DNA from: Octopus sinensis
Taxonomy: Eukaryota
Length of the DNA stretch: 39,919 nucleotides
Assembly (NCBI RefSeq): GCF_006345805.1
Contig: NW_021835519.1
Coordinates: forward strand, 1 to 39,919
Reading direction: 5' to 3'
Below, piece after piece: positions 36,100-39,919 of the stretch. A model generated the notes under the pieces. That model was not told where the DNA came from, did not search any database, and saw nothing but the letters and a program-made list of their open reading frames with translations. The stretch's first letter is position 1; the number at the start of each line of letters is the position of its first letter. Both the position numbers and the translations under genes were made by a program.

Positions 36100-36439
36100 T
36101 GATAATGATGATGATGATGATGATGATTTCTTTTATTTGCCACCAGGACAAAGATAAGGTGGGGGGGGACAATATAAAGACAGATATAAAGTGTAGGGGT
36201 TTACATATAATGGAATGATAAAGAAAAGGAGAAGTATGCATGGTATACATTAAAATGAAGGCAGTATACATGGTGTATGGCACTAAGTAAAATAAATGGT
36301 CAGAGAAGGAACTGTCCCTGAAAGGTCGGGGGCAGAGGTAGTGAATACCTACATCGTGTCTGTTGCCATTTATCACCTCACCATCATGCCTTGCCTCAGT
36401 ACAACACCAGAATGGAACTTTACTTGCTGTCCCCCCACC

Positions 36440-36628
36440 ACTGCCTGACAACTGGTCGTTTACATCCCCATAACATAGCAGTTCATCAAGAAGAGACCAA
36501 TAGAATAAATACCAGGCTTGAATAATAAAAAAAATAAAAGAACTGGGGGTGAATTCATTCAACTAAAGAAATTCTTCAAGGTGGTGCTCCAGTATGGCCA
36601 CAGTCTAATGACCGAAACAAATAAAAGA
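36440..36628 (+). mobile_element. SINE family A 3' half, ending 27 nt before the Cys-loop exon
   Basis: gacaac...gagaccaatagaataaatacc...ggtggtgctccagtatggccacagtc...gaaacaaataaaaga. Confidence 0.75.
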
Positions 36629-36655
36629 TCTTCTGCTGTATTCTCTTTATTGCAG

Positions 36656-36738
36656 ACTGACCATAAAAGCAAGATGCCTGATGCAACTTCAGAAATTCCC
36701 AATGGACATGCAGCAATGTCCACTCCATCTCATCAGTT
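36656..36738 (+). CDS. GABA-A-type subunit Cys-loop exon (RLTIKARCLMQLQKFPMDMQQCPLHLIS)
   Basis: ttctctttattgcag| acceptor and |gtaagt donor. 83 nt, the conserved size. C-x13-C Cys-loop containing FPMD. Confidence 0.96.
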
Positions 36739-36920
36739 GTAAGTACAACCTTTCACTCCATCTCATCAGTTGTAAGTACAACATTTCACTCCATCTCATC
36801 AGTTGTAAGTACAACATTTCACTCCATCTCATCAGTTGTAAGTACAATATTTCACTCCATCTCATCAGTTGTAAGTACAGCATTTCACTCATCAGTTGTA
36901 AGTACAACCTTTCACTCCAT
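36721..36920 (+). repeat. 33-bp tandem repeat of the exon 3' end plus 5' splice site (six GTAAGT donors)
   Basis: Unit CACTCCATCTCATCAGTT|GTAAGTACAAC(C/A)TTT. GT at 36739, 36772, 36805, 36838, 36871 and 36898. The last unit has a 6-bp deletion. Confidence 0.97.
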
Positions 36921-37041
36921 TCAATATTTCTATATTCCTACACACCTTGTCTTTGCCATTTACCATTCTTGTCATCATCAGCTGTGAAGGAACCACTTTT
37001 GTTCTTGGCTGACCAAATTTCACGATTTTGTCTTTCTTCAG

Positions 37042-37180
37042 TTGGTTACACGGAAAATGAAGTCCTCTACAAATGGAGATTTGGTGCCGAGAGAGCTGTC
37101 GATGTAAACGCTGGAATGACGTTGTCCCAATTTGACCTCACGACATGCCTGCTTGGAATGGAACGACCGCTTCAGAGAAG
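37042..37180 (+). CDS. GABA-A-type subunit exon, loop B to loop F (FGYTENEVLYKW...MTLSQFDL...), with an apparent frameshift near its 3' end
   Basis: ttttgtctttcttcag| acceptor and gagaag|gtagtt donor. GY...V.Y.W and LSQFDL motifs. The length of 139 nt is not a multiple of 3, although the homologous exon is phase 1 to phase 1. Confidence 0.85.
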
Positions 37181-37738
37181 GTAGTTTTCGGGTAGTTGCT
37201 ATATTTCTAACTCTACTGTGAAGAATCTGTGTGTTTGTGTGTGTGTGTACATGTGCATGTGAGTGTGTGTGTGTGTGTAGATTGTTAGAAGTGATGTACA
37301 GATTTTGGATATGTGTGTGTGTGTGTACATATATTCATACATATAGATAAATGTGTGTTTGTGTGTGAGTGTGTGTGTGTGTGAGTGTGTGAGTGTGTGT
37401 GTGTGTGTGGGTGTGGGTTTTTAGAAGTGATGTACAGATTTTGGATATGTGTGGGTACATATATTCATACATATAGATAAATGTGGTGTGTTTGTGTTGT
37501 GAGTGTGGTGATGTGAGTGTGTGTGTGTGTTGTGTGTATAGTGAGTGAGTGTGTGTATGTGTGAGTGTGTGTGTGTGATGTGTGTGAGTGTGTGTATGTG
37601 TGAGTGTGTGTGTGTGTGTACGTGTGTGTGTGCATGTCGGTAAGCATAGATATGGGCTTGGATCTTTCGTGTTATATTTCTAAACACCACACTCAGTTCT
37701 TCATTTGCAAACGACTGCTTTTTGGCCCATTTCTTTCG

Positions 37739-37955
37739 TTAACCTTTCAGCATTCAGATTACTCTGCCAAATCTGATCCTTATTTAATCCCCTTGCATTG
37801 AATTAATCCTCCTTTATCTCATAGATTTGATATTTCAATAAGATGACTTTACATTTCAATGTAAGTTATGAGTGAGAGCAAGGATCTGGTTGGTTTAAGC
37901 ATCAAACAGTTAAAATATTTGGGCCTGATAAGGGCCTGTTTAAATGTTAAAGGGA
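37739..37955. mobile_element. piggyBac-like MITE, diverged
   Basis: ttaacctttcagcattcagattactctg ... tttaaatgttaaaggg. Homologous to 24229-24450. Confidence 0.6.
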
Positions 37956-38017
37956 CAATGATCATGGATAAGGGTCCTGGTTGTCCACCCTACTGGAACA
38001 GCATTGCCTGTTTGTGG

Positions 38018-38322
38018 AGGCACATGGCCTAGTGGTTAGAGCAGTGGACTCGCGGTCGAGGGACCGTGGGTTCGAATCTCAGACCGGGCGATGTGTGTGT
38101 TTATGAGTGAAACACCTAAGCTCCACGTGGCTTCGGCAGAAGGTAAAGGTGAACTTGTGCTGACTCTTTTGCCACAACTTTCTCTCACTCTTTCCTCCTG
38201 CATCTTGCAGCTCACCTGCGCCGGACCGGCCTCCTGTCCAGGTGGAGAACCTATACGCCAAGAAACCGGGAACTGGCCCTTATGAGCCAGGCATGGCTCG
38301 AGAAGGAACAAACAAACAAACA
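38018..38322 (+). mobile_element. tRNA-derived SINE (third family) with (AAAC)n tail and a 6-bp TSD
   Basis: A box TGGCCTAGTGG, B box GGTTCGAATC, non-tRNA body. TTGTGG at 38012-38017 and 38323-38328. Confidence 0.85.
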
Positions 38323-38515
38323 TTGTGGCCAAATAGTCCATTGTGGGAATGGCAGTCTCTGCCATTTGCATAATCTATATTTTAAGTCTGCTCTTTGAAT
38401 GGTAGCAATAATCTATAACCAGTAACTGTTGTTTCCTGTGTTGTTTCAAAGCCATAGGCAAGTCTGGAGCGTCCTATCCAGTAGAGGGTATTCAATTGGG
38501 TTCGAGCCTAGACAG

Positions 38516-38539
38516 TAGGGTAGGGTTAGGGTTAGGGTT
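38516..38539 (+). repeat. Short telomere-like (TTAGGG)n run
   Basis: tagggtagggttagggttagggtt, four G3 tracts. Confidence 0.8.
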
Positions 38540-38580
38540 GTTGCCCAGGCAGCATGTCTCTGCTCTCCACATCACGGATA

Positions 38581-39545
38581 AATCTAAAACAGAGGTTTTC
38601 GACAGATGGCCATAAGGCCCTTGAGGGTCAATAAAGATTCTTGGGGGGGTCCAAATATCAAAATAGTAAATTAGGGATCTAAATAGTATTTTATGGGCTT
38701 TTGAAAATTTTAGCTTAGATGTATGGTCTTTATTACAAAAAACGTTGGGTTTCTTTCTCTTGACATTTTTCATTGTTCAACCTCCTAAAGTTAATGGGTG
38801 GAAAACAAAACAGGAATTTTAAAAGAAGTTTCTGTAAAACTAGTTTTGAAACATTGAGTGGCTATGGGGATTCACCAGAATAAAATAGTAATCGAAGGGG
38901 TTTATAGATAAATAGTTGAGAACCCCTGCTTTAGATGTACGTGTTGGTATGTATACAAGAAACAGCTGGGTTTCTCTCTCTAATATTTTACAAAGTTTAA
39001 CCTACACAAGTTGCGAGAAACAAAATAGAATTTTTAGAAGTTTCTATAAAACTAGATTTTAAATATCGAATCACTATGGGGGTTCATCAGAATGAAACAG
39101 TAATCGAAGGGGTTTATAGATAAATGGTTGAGAACCCCTGCTTTAGATGAACGTGTTGGTATGTATTACAAGAAACCGTTGGGTTTCTTTCTCTTGACAT
39201 TTTTCATTGTTCAACCTCCTAAAGTTGATGTGTGGAAAACAAAACAGGAATTTTAAAAGAAGTTTCTATAAAACTAGATTTTAAATATAGAATCACTATG
39301 GGGGTTCATCAGAATGAAACAGTAATCGAAGGGGTTTATAGATAAATGGTTGAGAACCCCTGCTTTAGATGTACGTGTTGGTATGTATTGCAAGAAACAG
39401 CTGGGGTTCTTTCTCTAATATTTTGGCATGGTTCAACCTACACAAGTTACTGTGTGAGAAACAAAATAGGATTTTTAAAAGAAGTTTCTGTAAAACTAGT
39501 TTTTAAACATGGAATGGCTTTTAGGGGTCCACTAGAATAAAGTTG
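38581..39545. mobile_element. hAT-like non-autonomous element with tandemly amplified ends (212/222-bp units, A-B-A-B)
   Basis: Left end aatctaaaacagaggttttcgac is the inverted match of gttgagaacccctgctttagatg, found at about 38916, 39128 and 39350. CAGGGGTTCTCAAC resembles hAT/Charlie TIRs. 434-bp dimer period. Confidence 0.55.
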
Positions 39546-39559
39546 ACCCATTGAAATTC

Positions 39560-39885
39560 AGGTACACGTCACGTTTGTCAGATGAGTGGACTGGAGCAAA
39601 GTGAAATAAAGAGTCTTGCTCAAGAATGAGGGTTCCAGTTGATCCAATCAAAGAAAACAACCTGCTCATGATATTAGTGTGCAAGTGGGTGAGTACTCCA
39701 CAGACACGTGTACCCAGTGACAAGGTGGTCCCTTTTGATTGACAGTTACTGCTCATTTCTGCCAGGTGAGTGAACTGGAGCAATGTGAATAAAGTGTCTT
39801 GCCAAAGGACCATACACGCTGCCAGGAATTGAACTCATGACCTTACGATTGTGAATTGAATAGTCTAACCACAAAGCCACATGGT
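39560..39885 (-). mobile_element. tRNA-derived SINE (fourth family)
   Basis: Minus-strand head tgtggctttgtggttag...gagttcaattcctgg, then ttggcaagacacttta. The segment gagt..actggagcaa.gtgaa.taaag.gtcttg is internally duplicated. Confidence 0.7.
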
Positions 39886-39919
39886 TTACAATAATTAATT
39901 GCAACATCAAAAAATCTCA

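Noticed and set aside
36721-36920. Hammerhead-like CTGATGA...GAAA on the minus strand of the 33-bp donor repeat
   Set aside because: The core words are present, but the 8 nt between them cannot form helix II, and helices I and III do not pair around a valid NUH. Coincidental.
37192-37197. Downstream GT as a donor that rescues the frame of the last exon
   Set aside because: It would give 150 nt, but the original frame hits TAG at 37182-37184 first.
38019-38090. Possible tRNA gene
   Set aside because: It has A and B boxes but no acceptor-stem closure. It continues into a SINE body with an (AAAC)n tail and a TSD.
39020-39095. CTGATGA...GAAA on the minus strand of the 212/222-bp repeat, and isolated CTGANGA words at about 4369, 25957 and 30044
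   Set aside because: No helix I/II/III complementarity, or no correctly placed GAAA.
37181-39919. Next (TM1-TM2) exon
   Set aside because: No sequence encoding an L.R..GY/F...Y.P or TM2-like motif was found. It presumably lies beyond the window.

Overview
Eukaryotic, AT- and microsatellite-rich intronic DNA. The repeat families look like those of octopus or another coleoid cephalopod; this is inferred from recalled repeat families, not from a search. The window holds five + strand coding exons (2238-2347, 21404-21471, 25919-26139, 36656-36738, 37042-37180) for the extracellular domain of a Cys-loop GABA-A-type receptor subunit resembling invertebrate alpha-like Grd/CG8916. The 68/221/83-nt exon sizes and the intron phases are the classic GABA-A ones. 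The signal-peptide exon and the transmembrane exons lie outside the window. The introns are filled with tRNA-derived SINEs, RTE, Tx1/L1 and R4/Dong-like LINE remnants, a Merlin-like transposase relic, MITEs, a 4.2-kb 46-bp satellite and long microsatellites. Highlights: (1) the donor of the Cys-loop exon is tandemly multiplied into six identical, in-frame GTAAGT donors inside a stop-free 303-nt intron; (2) at least six type-I hammerhead ribozyme motifs with different palindromic helix III sequences occur in Penelope-type fold-back elements, several in the sense strand of the pre-mRNA; (3) the last exon carries an apparent double frameshift; (4) three Dong-like retroposon ends all sit in (TAA)n; (5) the 46-bp satellite lies next to its longer progenitor repeat.
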